From Octopus vulgaris (lineage: Eukaryota), in the NCBI GenBank assembly GCA_951406725.2, contig OX597814.1:200136001-200200000 (forward strand): a DNA stretch of 64,000 nt, in the 5' to 3' direction. Numbering within the stretch: position 1 is the stretch's first letter; the number at the start of each line of letters is the position of its first letter. The notes under the pieces are model-generated. The model was not told the origin of the DNA. It saw only the letters and a program-made list of their open reading frames with translations, and ran no database searches. A program made the translations under genes and the position numbers. Shown here in pieces: positions 23,295 through 35,917 of the stretch.

Positions 23295-23632
23295 CCCTGC
23301 CCCGACTGGCTCCTGTGCCGGTAGCATGTAAAAAGTACCATCTGATCATGGCTGATGCCAGTGCCGCTGGACTGGCTCCTGTGCCGGTAGCATATAAAAA
23401 GCACCATCTGAACATGGCCAATGCCAGTGCTGCCTGACTGGCTCCTGTACCGGTAGCATGTAAAAAGCACTCACTATACTCTCAGAGTGATTGGCATTAG
23501 GAAGGGCATCCAGCTGTAGAAACACTGCCAGATCAGATTGGAGCCTGGTGTGGCCTCTTGGCTTGCCAGTCCCCAGTCAAACTGTCCAACCCATGCCAGC
23601 ATGGTAAACAGACGTTAAACGATGACAATGAT
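23295..23632 (+). mobile_element. RTE LINE 3' tail with three ~64-bp subrepeats
   Basis: gactggctcctgtgccggtagcatgtaaaaagcacc x3, then the aggaagggcatccagctgtagaaac tail. Confidence 0.85.
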
Positions 23633-24429
23633 CTTCATCCCTCTACCGTAATTTACATGCATTTAATAAGTCCTCTTATACAGTAATCTCTGATCCATTT
23701 GTTTCTGCACTTTACATTCATTTTCCCATCGAAGCATGGGTTAGATGAATACATATTACTAAAAAATTGCTCCTATCACCATTTGCCTTTCCTGTCATTA
23801 ACTCTTTCCCTTTGTCCCATGAGGGAATGCTCATTCGACATGTCTTTCAAAGTACATAACTACAATCACATAATTTGTTGAAAGGCAAATAGTTCAACTC
23901 AGTACAGAATACAAACAAACATACACAAATACAAAGGGCTTCATACACTCTCCATCTACCATATTCACTTATGAGGCATTGGCTTACCTGAGGCTACAGC
24001 CGAACTCACTTGTTCCATGATTGAACCCGAAAGCACATTATTATGAAGCAGACATCTTAATTGCAAACCCATGTCTGCACTATTAAAGTTGAGTAATTTT
24101 TAATAAATGTCGCTTCAGGATTTTATTCACATTTATTTCTTCTATAAAAAATCATTATTCTTTAACCTTTACTCTTCTAAATTCTCTTTTCTGTTCAGTC
24201 AAACAATTTGCCTTTACTATAACTTTCCAGGAGGATATTGATAATTTCTAAGAATTGTTTTCTTGGCCAACATCTATTAATAAAATTTAATTATACATAT
24301 GCTAATTAAATAAGCTGCTACAATACCATGTGCTCTTGGTCACAGAAACTATAGTTTTGATTTATAGATTTGTATTTAATTCAATCTAGACATTATTTCA
24401 CGGAAGTAGAGAATTAATAGTAACATAAT

Positions 24430-24960
24430 GGTAAATTCATAATATAGTTCAACCAGAAGGAATTGCAATTTTTAGATGTTTTAATTATGAAAGGAGATGG
24501 AAAGATAGAAACAGACATCTACTGCAAACCCATGGATTCGTGGCAGTATCTTCTCTTCCCATCCTGTCATCTTAAACATACAAGAACAAACATTCCATTC
24601 AATATTGCAAAGAGAATTTGTACAATAACATTGAATTCTACAAAATGTGATCAAAGAATAGATGAATAGAAAAACATACTTATTCAAAGAGTATTTCCTC
24701 TAGCTCTAATGACAAATGAAAATAGAAAGGATAAATATTCGAGATGTAAGGAAGGAAGAAGTAAAACCAAGTGAAATGTCTTAGCAGATGCATTTACATT
24801 TAACCTTAGAAATGCAGAAATATTTGGTCATATTTATAAAAACTCATAGAAAATCAACCAGTCATCGAAAGCAAAAGGCAACCCAAGAAATTGTAAAAAT
24901 ATGGTAACTAGGGCAAAAATCCCAAAGCAAACAAGTTTGTAACTTCACTATTATAAGATG
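24430..24960 (+). pseudogene. Penelope-like element RT C-terminal/thumb remnant
   Basis: ELQFLDVLIMK..KIETDIYCKPMDSWQYLLFPSCHLKHTRTNIPFNIAKRICTI matches the PLE pattern FLD..TD(I/V)Y.KPT...YL...S.HP; stops and frameshifts downstream. Confidence 0.85.
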
Positions 24961-25179
24961 CAAAAGACCAAATTTTACATGCCTATATATATATATTTAT
25001 ATATATATACATATATATATATATTTATATATATATATACATATATGTATATATATATATATATATGTCTATCTATTTATCTATCTATCTATCTATCTAT
25101 CTGTCTGTCTTTCTTTCTTTCAGTCTACCTACCTATATATTTATAAATAATTGAATAAGTTGGAGTCAATACAGATAGT

Positions 25180-25405
25180 GCAGCACGCTGACAGAATTGT
25201 TAGCACGCCGGGCAAAATGCTTAGAAGCATTTATTGTCATTACATTCTGAGTTCAAATTCTGCCAAGGTTGACTTTGCCTTTCATCCTTTCAGGTTGGTT
25301 AAATAAGTACCAATTACACACTGGGGTCGAGGTAATTGACTTAATCCCTTTGTCTGTCCTTGTTTGTCCCTTCTTTGTTTAGCCTCCTGTGGGCAATAAA
25401 GAAAT
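25180..25405 (+). mobile_element. SINE family B (Meta-domain-like)
   Basis: gttagcacgccgggc..gagttcaaattc..gcctttcatcctttcagg..aagtacc; tail gtgggcaataaagaaat. Confidence 0.85.
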
Positions 25406-25421
25406 ATATAAATATAATATG

Positions 25422-25472
<51 letters not shown>

Positions 25473-25475
<3 letters not shown>

Positions 25476-25873
25476 CACAGGAGTGGCTGTGTGGTATGTA
25501 GCTTGCTAACCAGCCACATGGTTCCGGGTTCAGTCCCACTGCATGGCATCTTGGACAAGTGTCTTCTGCTATAGCCCCGGGCTGACCAATGCCTTGTGAG
25601 TGGATTTGGTAGACAGAAACTGGAAGAAGCCTGTCGTATATATGTATATATATATAAGTGTGTGTGTGTATGTTAGTGTGTCTGTGTTTGTCCCCCTAGC
25701 ATTGCTTGACAACCGATGCTGGTGTGTTTACGTCCCCATCACTTAGCGGTTCGGTAAAAGAGACCGATAAAATAAGTACTGGGCTGACAAAGAATAAGTC
25801 CCGGAGTCGATTTGCTCGACTAAAGGCGGTGCTCCAGCATGGCCGCAGTCAAATGACTGAAACAAGTAAAAGA

Positions 25874-25876
<3 letters not shown>
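25473..25876 (+). mobile_element. SINE family A, full length
   Basis: Well-preserved copy between (TA)n arrays. Confidence 0.9.
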
Positions 25877-25929
<53 letters not shown>

Positions 25930-25932
<3 letters not shown>

Positions 25933-26140
25933 TATAGTTCAACTAGTCACCATGATAGATCGTTAGCCACTAAACACATTTTTTTTCTCTCCTTGTTTTT
26001 TTCTGTGTCCCTTTCTGTAGATGAGCGTAGGCTCAAAATGTAAAAGACTTTTTCTATTCCTGAGCATTATACAAATACATATGTTTGTTTTGTACACCAC
26101 CTGTCTTCATCTTTTGTTTTTTTCGTAAACTCTCCCTATA
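25930..26140 (+). mobile_element. (TA)n-embedded PLE-like element with decayed minimal HHR
   Basis: cttt CTGTAGA t GAGC gtag GCTC aaaat gta aaag at ~26011-26046; ends ctctccc(ta)n; minus-strand copy at 29461-29578 retains ggctcGAAA. Confidence 0.55.
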
Positions 26141-26833
26141 TATATATATATATGTATAAAGGCTCAGCATTCAACTTGAAGGAAGTTTTACTTGTCACTT
26201 GCAGAATTTAATCTGTATCATAATATATTTTAGGTGTTTGGATAAACTAGATTTTCCCTGTGTACAACAAATCAATTATGTGAAAATACAGAAAAAACTC
26301 CATAGAGTGGAAATATAGTGATGTGTGCTGGAATGAACTTAGCTAATTTTTGAAGTATTTCCAATTTATAGATGCCCGAATTCAACGACAGAATAACAAT
26401 GAATAAACGAAGAATAACTATTGGGAAATATCAGTCACACTTAAATATTTAGTAACTGCTGTAAATAACGTGCCCTTTTTATAAAGAACACTTTTATACA
26501 AAGTCAAGCATTGCCAACCATTGTTTCATTTTATTAATATTTAAAAAGCAAAATATTTATTTTCATTGCACAGCTCTTAGGAGTGTAAATTGATTGGTAT
26601 TAGACATAAAATAATAATACATCTAAAAGAGTTACATAGTATTGTTTGTTATTTAATATATCTAACATAGATTCTACATTTGGTACAACATTTCACACAC
26701 ACACATGTACATGTGTATGTGTGCGTGCACTTCTGACCACCATAAGAGTCATCAACATTACCAAGCACAATAGCTAGTGTGAAACCAACGGTAACATTCT
26801 GATTAGTTATATGTCAATACCAGTAATATACGA

Positions 26834-27050
26834 AGGCAGGGAGCTAGCAGAAACGTTAGCACATCTGGTGAAATGTTTAGAGGTATTTCATCTGTCTTTA
26901 CATTCTGAGTTCAAATTCCACCAAGGTTGACTTTGCCTTTCATCCTTTCAGGGTCGATAGATTAAGTACCAGTTGCATACTGGAGTTGACCTAATCGACT
27001 GACCCCACCTCCCCACAAAATTTTGGGCCTTGTGCCCAGAGTAGAAAAGA
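26834..27050 (+). mobile_element. SINE family B
   Basis: Head aggcagggagctagcagaaacgttagc, Meta-like core, tail agtagaaaagaat. Confidence 0.85.
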
Positions 27051-27206
27051 ATACCAGTAATATACTGCTCAGTGATATATATATATATATCAGTGTGATC
27101 ACCGTGACCAACCAGGCTATCAGATGTTACTACACATCGCTGGTCACAATGCGCTTCGCATTGTTTTAGCCTTCAAATGACGCCACCCCGCTGGCTAAGT
27201 GAGCAG

Positions 27207-27247
<41 letters not shown>

Positions 27248-27579
27248 TTTGGGAAAACAAATTTCCAAATCAATCAGGTGTAACCCTACAGTGTTATATG
27301 CATCTACATATCGTACTTTGGGGTCTAATTTATCGCATATTCATATATTTTTAGATAAATATACAAAGTATCTGATAAAAGTCAGTATTCAATTTTTTGG
27401 GATGAATCGATATGCAGGTATTCTCTTTCAGATAATAGAAAAATAACCTGATGAGTATATCAGACAGTAAATTCATGGTATCAGTTTGCACATCACGAAA
27501 TAACACTTGAAGAATATAACCTAAATTACCAGTTATGCAATGTACTACATTAATTATATCATACTTTAGTTAATTCTTA

Positions 27580-27980
27580 TCATCATTATCATTTAATGTC
27601 CGCTTTGCATGCTAGCATGGCTTGGACAATTTGACTGAGGACTGGCAAACCAGATGGCTGCACCAGGCTCCAATCTTGATTTGACAGAGTTTCTACAGCT
27701 GGATGCCCTTCCTAACACCAACCACTCCAAGAGCGTAGTGGGTGCTTTTTACGTGCCACCAGCATGAGGGCCAGTCAGGCGGTACTGGCAAAGGTCACGG
27801 AAAATCATGCTTTTTTTTTTTATATGTGTCACCTGCACACCAGCACAAGTGCCAGTAAGGCGACGCTGGTAATGATCACACTCAAACGGTGCTTTTCATG
27901 TGCCACCGGCACAAACATTAGTTGGCCACTCTGGCAACGATCACGCTCGGATGGTGCTCTTAGCGCTCCACTAGCACAGA
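27580..27980 (-). mobile_element. RTE LINE 3' tail with subrepeats
   Basis: Reverse complement of the RTE tail. Confidence 0.8.
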
Positions 27981-28079
27981 TGAAAGAACTACACATGTTT
28001 CAGTATTGGAAGATTACAGTATATAAACATATGCACAACTGCATACTCAGAGTAGACACCCTCACTTTCCAAATTGGCC

Positions 28080-28620
28080 TCAAGACAGCTCCACTACCTG
28101 GTGCATGTGCTTCTCACTCTGACCATTAGAAGATCTTTGAACACTTCCTTGATCAGGGTCACCAACCTCAGTCTTGATGTTGCGGGCAGAGCAGTTGGTA
28201 TATTTCTCAAGAACATCCACACATACTAGTTCATGGGATTAGGAAACCAGAAATTGGGTCGGGTAAAATCATAGAAATTCTTCAACAATCAGTTCTAATT
28301 CTTTCAAAGAGCTGAATCATGCCTTTAGCAGCTTCACATAGCTGTCTCAATTGTGCCTAAGGCCGCGTTCGAAGACATCATCCTCACCAGAGACACACCC
28401 CAAAACCACCACAGTTTGGGGGTTTTGGTTTTCATCCCATGGGTCATCACATGGATTGTAGGCAAATTATCTTTTGTCCTGGGTGTTGTACAATTGGTTT
28501 AGGCATATGTTTTCTCTCTTCACAACAAATCATCTTACTGATGTTTTCTTTTATAAGCCTTTATAAAGTAATTTTGGCCAATGTAGAATACTGCTAGTTT
28601 CCTGAGACTCCAGATATTGC
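28080..28620 (-). pseudogene. Tc1/mariner (maT-like) transposase remnant
   Basis: Broken minus-strand translation MKTK..PQTVVVLGCVSGEDDV..FERGLR..NFYDFTRPNFWFPN..PMN*YVW resembles the WPPNSPD.NP.DYYVW region. Confidence 0.65.
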
Positions 28621-28632
28621 CAACATCTTTAA

Positions 28633-29095
28633 CCCTTTCGTTACTGCATTTATTTTGAGATGCTCTTATATTTCTTTCAATTACTTTAAATATAACAAAG
28701 AATTAGGTAAAATAACTTAGTTATCATTCAGCTAGTGTTAGGAACATTAATTGTGACCAAGGTTTGGTGGAAGATTTTAATACAAAACTTATGAAAACAA
28801 GACATTTGTACTACAGAACCAGAGGTGGTTTCAGCCAGGTTGGTAATGAAAGGGTTAAATCAATCATTTGTTCACCCTTTTGTTACCATGTTTCTGTTGA
28901 GATGTTCTGTGTTTCTGTCAATTACTTTAAATATAACAAAGAATTAGGTAAAATAACTTAATTATCATTCAGCTAGTGTTAGGAACATTAATTGTGACTA
29001 AGGTTTGGTGGAAAATTTTAATTCAAAACCTATGAAAACAAGACATTTTTACTACAGGGCCAGAGCTGGTTTCAGCCGGGTTGGTAACAAAAGGG
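28633..29095 (+). mobile_element. Dimeric piggyBac-type MITE (two ~221-bp units)
   Basis: TTAA-ccctttcgttac...gtaatgaaaggg-TTAA, 12-bp spacer, ttca-cccttttgttac...gtaacaaaaggg-TTAA. Confidence 0.9.
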
Positions 29096-29277
29096 TTAAA
29101 CCAGCACCAACAACTCCCTATTTTCTACCAGCCACTTTCAGATAAATCAGTGGTTATCAGCCATGTTTTACTTATGGACTCCTTTGGTTAGTGTTTTACT
29201 TGGGTGGAACCTCATAGTCATCTGAGGCTTTAAAAGAAATCCTATTGTTGGAAATTGTATTTAAAAAAGATTAAGAT

Positions 29278-29577
29278 AGGTGCAGGAGTGGCTGTGTGGT
29301 AAGAAGCTGGTTTCTCAACCACATGGATCCAGGTTCAGTCCCACTGCGTGGCACCTTGGGTAAGAGTCTCCTACTATAGCCTCAGGCCGAACAAAGCCTT
29401 GTGAATAGATTTGGCAGAAAAAAACTGAAAGAAGTCCATTGTATGTATATATATATATATAGGGATGGATTCACAAAAAAAAACCCCAACAAAGGACGAA
29501 GACAGGTGGTGTAGACAACAAACAGATGTATTAGTTTAACGCTCAGGAAGTGAAAAAGCCTTTAAAATTTCGAGCCC

Positions 29578-29624
<47 letters not shown>

Positions 29625-29790
29625 CGCACACGCTCGCGCAGTTGTGTGTCTGTGTTTGGCCCCCCACCAACATTGCTTGACTGATAAAATAAGTATAAGG
29701 CTTACAAAGAACGAGTCCTGGGGTCAATTTGTTGAACTGAAGGCCATGCTCCAGCATGGCTACAAATGACTGAAACAAGTAAAGAGTATT
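29278..29790 (+). mobile_element. SINE family A with PLE-like fragment (29461-29578) inserted in its internal (TA)n
   Basis: Head 29278-29445, insert, tail 29640-29790. Confidence 0.8.
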
Positions 29791-30459
29791 ATCTGGTGTA
29801 TTGTAGAAGGATAAGTAGTTTTAATAACAAAATCTTGTGTGAACTTCCAAGCTTCATATAAACCTTGGTTGAGGACCACTGACTCATAAATAATGAAATG
29901 TCATTCTATTGTTAGGGGAGTTCCTACTCAAAGGCCCAGGGTGCTTGAACAGTTATAATATTAAGGGATGAGGTATTTGAATGGATAAGGGGGGTGGAGG
30001 TTTTGAGTAGATAAGAGATTAAAGAGTGGGGTATTGAATGGATGAAGTGGTAATGGTGGGATGGTTAAATGGATAGCATACTAAGGAGTACAGTTCATCA
30101 TCATCATCATCATCGTTTAATGTCTGTTTTTCATGCTGGCATGGGTTGGACAGACTGAAAGGATATTCAGTTTTCTGCTCAAATGTTGTGGAATCATATC
30201 TTTAATGAAGACTTTGTTGGATTTGGCAATAAAACATTTTGTTCTTTATAGCCTAGTTCACCCGTCTTTTGGTAGTTATCAACCAAGTTATCCACAGAAA
30301 TTTTACTTGGGATAGAACATCTAAAAATTGGAGCTAACCACAACTTTGACTAACCCCTGGAAGTATTTATATTTTCACTTCAGCTTTTACTGATTTAAAT
30401 AAATTGCACAATGAAAGCAGCTAAATCTTCCTCAACAATCTTCACAATATATTTATTTA

Positions 30460-30826
30460 GTAGGAATGGCTGCGTGGTAAGTAGTTTGCTTACGAACCAC
30501 ATGGTTCCGGGTTCAGTCCAACTGCTTGGCACCTTGGGCAAGTATCTTCTACTATAGCGTCAGGCCGGAAACTGAAAGAAGTCCATCACACACATATATA
30601 TATATATGTGTATATATGCATATATATATGTTTGTGTGTCTGTGTTTGTCCCCCCCAACATCACTTGACAACCAATGCTGGTATGTTTATGTCCCCGTTC
30701 AGCAAGAGAACCAGATAAAATAAGTACTACGCTTACAAAGAATAAGTCCTGGGGTCAATTTGCTCGTCTAAAAGGCTGTGCTCCAGCATGGCCACAGTCA
30801 AATGACTGAAACAAGTAAAAGAGAGT
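30460..30826 (+). mobile_element. SINE family A (internal deletions)
   Basis: Head and tail match the other copies. Confidence 0.85.
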
Positions 30827-31102
30827 ATTCATAGTACTTACAATAATGACACATATTTTAAGTTCATATTCTTGGGGTAAGAGTGTGTATATGGTTAACC
30901 ATGCAAATGAAATTTTTTCTTGGAAAAACTATCTTTATATTATATATCAGTTGAAGCAGAGCTAATCAAGACTGCACGATATTAAACACAGGTATAATAC
31001 TGATTTCAGATTTTGGCACAAGGCCAGCAACGTCGGCCGGATGGGGGTGGGGGAAACCAATACAATGATCCCAGCGCTCAACAGATATTTATTTTCTTTT
31101 AT

Positions 31103-31338
31103 AGGCCGACGAGCTGGCAGAAACGTTAGCACGCCTGGTGAAATGCGTAGCCGTACTTCGTCTGCTGTTACGTTCTGAGTTCAAATTCCACTGAGGTCGA
31201 CTTTGCCTTTCATCCTTCTGGGGGTCAATAAATTAAGTACCAGTTATGCACTGGGGTCGATGTAATCGACTTAATCCGTTTGTCTGTCCTTGTTTGTCCC
31301 CTCTGTGTTTAGCCCCTTGTGGGTAGTAAAGAAATAGG
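31103..31338 (+). mobile_element. SINE family B nested in an older minus-strand family B copy (31000-31470)
   Basis: Full + strand copy splits a minus-strand copy whose halves rejoin at tattttatt. Confidence 0.75.
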
Positions 31339-32921
31339 TATTTATTTTATTGATCCTAGAAGGATGAAAGATAAAGTCAACTTTGACGGAATTTGAACTC
31401 AAAACATAAAGACAGACAAAATGTCGCCTAGCATTTTACCCAACTTGCTAATGATCTGCCAGCTTACCACCTTTAACACAGATATAATACTGACATTGGA
31501 GTTGATCTAATTCTAGCATTTTTGTTTGAGACGTTTCAACTGATAACCTCTGTACCTGTTCCCAAATATTCTTCTGTGGACAGCAAGAAACAGGAGAACA
31601 GTAAACAAAAACACCTTTTTTAATTTTTTTTATTGCATCCCCAAAATCCTGAGCTTTCAATTCTGCCCAAGTTGACTGCTTTTCAATCTTGTGAGATCCA
31701 TAAAATAAGTAGAGGTGAAATACTGGGGTCGATATAATTGAATCTATCCATTAAGGTAGCAACAGAATTATTAGTCTTTTATGATATCATTGGGGATTAA
31801 GCTGGATTACAAACACAGTATTGTGTGTGTGTGTGTGTGTGTGCACACACATACAGAATGGAATGAAAGAGTGGAATCCTTCTTAGTTCTCAAAGATTGA
31901 GGGGAATGAATTATTATTATTAAGCTTAAAAATAATGGTGGTAATATGATAAAAATGAAGTGAATGAGTTGCAATGAAGTGAGTTCAAACCTCTCCAGGT
32001 CAACATTGTGCTTCACCCCTCCAAGGCTGATAAAATACATAAGTTTTGCATTATGTTCACGTTAATTGACTATATAATTTTACCTGGAAATCTGTGAATG
32101 TTACTAAGTGGGAAATCATTGTACTTGCAAAAATAAATCAGTGTATCTTAATTAGCTTTTGGTTAGTTAATTAAATAAACTTAAATGTTATTGTCTGATG
32201 CTTTTTTAAAAAGAATTCCTCATTAATATATACATAATTAATTTCTACACTTCTAACTATACATATGCACAATACACACACACACATATATGCATGTATG
32301 CAGAATATTTTTTATTTGCACTTGTATGTGTAACAAGGTATTTGACTCTATTCCACCTCCCAATACATAATTACATCCACATATTGCTGGAATTAACTTT
32401 AGGAAACAGATTTCCCTTTGCTATTTTAAATTTTATATTTCTGCTCTGGCTGTTTATTGAAAGTAGAAGTAACATAACATTATTTCTCCTTTTAATTTAA
32501 TCCTTTCTTTTTTTTATTTTTATTTTATTGATTTTTTGTAACTTTTTGAAACAGAGCTAAAAGGTTTCTTAGTTAGAAAGGAAAGGAAAAAAAAAATTTC
32601 CTAACAGTTTAGATTGAGAAGAATGCTATAAAACCATCACACAGCTGGTTTTTCTAATGCTACTGCTGCTTCTCTCAACTTAATGAACATCACAGGAAAA
32701 TTCAGCCTATGTAAATGAGACACACGGATAAGCATTGCAACAGCAGTTCTACGGGATATAACTATAAAGTGAACAATAGAAATAATTATATTGTCCCTGT
32801 AGCAGGTCTTGTTTATAAACGGCCTTCTTTTACCATGTGCAATAATTATTAATCTATCCATATCTTGTAAGTTTCCTGATTTCATTAGGATTCTTTTTTA
32901 CTCAACCAAACATTAGAAAAT

Positions 32922-32952
32922 ATGCAGAAAATAGAATTTAAGCTGAAGAAAG
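32922..32952 (+). CDS. Candidate first coding exon (MQKIEFKLKK+G), probably spliced to 60963
   Basis: ATG at 32922, strong donor AAG|gtatgt after 32952, phase 1 matches the acceptor at 60963; lies in a repeat-poor island (32050-33540). Confidence 0.4.
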
Positions 32953-33849
32953 GTATGTGGAAATAATTGAATTTATTTTTATTAGCCTAAATTATAGGTG
33001 ATAGTTGTATATTCTTCAAACAGCTTCACTAAATTGGTATTATTTTATTGTGAATGAATGAATTTATTTGAATATATATATATTTTTTTTTTTTGTTTTG
33101 CTTCTGTTCACTAAAGCTTGCTAAAGTACTCACCCACTTCAAGTGAAACTATATAAATTTTATGTAGCATATTAATGTTTGTATTTGTGAACATTTATAT
33201 TCTATTAATTAGATATTTATTAATTTCCTTGACAACTAAATTCTTTTTTTAATAATCCTTTTGAAGTAGTTGATATTCTTCCCTGTAAATAAATGAAATT
33301 GATTAAAACTTGTGAGTGTTCAAAGCCTACACGATTTTATTTTTATAGAAGTTTGGGAGTTCAAATACCCATATTCTTGGAAAGTTTAAGTCAAATTGTT
33401 TAACACTTAATTGGAATTACCCTGTATTAATTTGAATTATTCTATTTTCATATAATTTAAACACTTAATTTTCTACAATTAAAATACAGAATTTAATTAA
33501 AATTAATATGTTCACAAATCCATTACTTGAGTGAAACTTCATTCCACACACAAACACACACACACATGCATGGCTATTCACTGTGAAATGTGAGTGATTG
33601 TCAGTGATCAATCTTCAGATTATTTTAAAATCTGCAGTATCTAAGGACTGGTGGTCAGTAAGAGGGATTTGAGGGCAACTTGCACCACATCACAATAATT
33701 TTTTTTTTACCCTAGCTCTGGATTGTAAAGACAAAATGTGTGGCAAAGCTGTAGCCACAAAGGATTTGTCAGAGTCACCATATCTATTTGGGGATTTCCT
33801 TCAGCATGGTTGAAATGTACTTTGATATATGTAAAGCTATATGCCAACA

Positions 33850-34065
33850 GGCATATAGTGTAATGATTAAGGGCATGGGCTACTAAACCAAAGATTGCGA
33901 GTTCAATTCCAGGCAGTGCTTTGAATAAATAATGATAATGATAATATTATCAGAAAATAGCTTAGGAATGAGAACCCAGGGTTGGGTTCAAAATTCTACA
34001 GCTGAACTGTTGTGGTGACAGTGAACAAGATGAGGACACATATCTGTCCAATGTAAATAATGTAT
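33850..34065 (+). mobile_element. Degenerate SINE family C (HHR segment lost)
   Basis: Head, (TAA)-like linker, cttaggaatgagaacccagg and aacaagatgaggac..aatgtaaataatgta are retained. Confidence 0.7.
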
Positions 34066-34932
34066 GTAAAGCAGTGTTGAGCTGCATAGTTTACATTGTG
34101 AATGAGGAATATCTTAAAAATCATTTACTTTTTCTCCTCAAAATTTAAACAAGATTGCATGCATCACAACCAAAGAAATTTTTTTTCAGAATAAAAGACT
34201 TTGACACAATATATGCAATCAGTTTATCTATCTGATTATTATAAATCACATCAGCATGTTATGTTCTCCAATTGCCCCAGATCACTTTAGCAAAATTCTT
34301 GTACATTATTAAAAGAAATTTACAACAACAAATACTAGCAAATATAAGTTACAAAGAATTCATTGTGGTTTTAATCTACAATCTCTATAAAATCCCTATA
34401 AATCTATTTAAACTCCCAGTTTTGTATTGTAAACACGTGTATTCTGTTGTAAAGTCAACTGAATCCAAACAAAACTTGTAAAAAATTGCATTGATCTGGC
34501 ATGTTTTGATAAGGGTTAGAACTTAATCCTCTAAATTCCTAGAGTAAACTAAGACCAAATGAAATGCAGACTTTCTTCTTGTCATGTTACATGTCACACA
34601 TTCTATCAAGGATAACAACATGTAAAACATGTTCTCAGGCCAAAGAATATTTCTGACACGTTTTAGATATTGAGTTTTCTAAATCCAACTGGATCAAGAT
34701 TACTCAACAACAGCCTTTATCTTATCTTATGCTGGTCTGCATTAATAGTGTTTATAAATTTATCTCAATGTAGATACTTGTTCTTGGATTTTTAGTCAAG
34801 TTAAGACCCTGAAGAGACTGCACCATTTTATAGTAGGGTGCAATTGGAACGTGCTTAAGGCAGTATATAATTATAGAATTAAAGGTAATGCTATTGCTAC
34901 TCTGGGGGTAATCTTTATTTTTAATATTGTGG

Positions 34933-35092
34933 TGGCACTTTAAAAGCACCCACTACACTATAGAAACTCTGTAGAAACTCTGCCAGATCAGATTGGAGCC
35001 TGGTGCAGCCATCTGGTTCGCCAGTCCTCAGTCAAATCATCCAACCCTGCTAGCATGGAAAGCGGACGTTAAACGATGATGATGATGACGAT
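34933..35092 (+). mobile_element. RTE LINE 3' tail
   Basis: Ends gcggacgttaaacgatgatgatgat. Confidence 0.8.
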
Positions 35093-35549
35093 GCATTTAA
35101 TTCATAAGACATTTAATATTGTCATATGCATGATGATGATGATGATACATATAATGCCTCAGTTTCTTTTTATTTAGTAAGAAAAAAAAAAAAGAATTTT
35201 CTTTATTTTACCCATTGATTCATTACATGATGAAATAAAATAACAATCAGGCCTTAATGTCTATGCGCATACAAGTGTGTTCATGCCTACCCATACATGT
35301 GTGTTCAGAGCTGTGCATACGAGAGTGTCGTCTGAATGTAGATAAAAGAGTGAAGAAAATTAATATACTTTAGAATGTTTCTCTTGTTTTAAGGTGCAAT
35401 TCAGTGCAAGTATTCTTTTGATAGGAAAAATATATATTTAATAATATATACTCTACATTGAAGTTTTTAATTATCTCAATGGCATCAGGTACAAACTTTA
35501 GATGCACAATACAGAGTTCAACCAGAGCACAATCACATTTATCTGACAT

Positions 35550-35611
<62 letters not shown>

Positions 35612-35880
35612 ATGCATTAATGTAAATAATTGTTTAATGTACCATGCATCAGTAAGGTCTCACTTTTCCTTATTTCAAAATAAATAAGTATTTTTCATAG
35701 CACTCATAAATGTTTATAGAGTTCAGGGGTTTTATGTAATTATTCAAATAGATAATTTATTATTTACAATATTATTATTTCACTTTAATTACTGGTTGTG
35801 ATTACTTATTAATAATTATTCCGCATATTTTAATAATAAAATTGTACATGAATTCCAATAAGAACTTAGTAATGAGCTTT

Positions 35881-35917
<37 letters not shown>

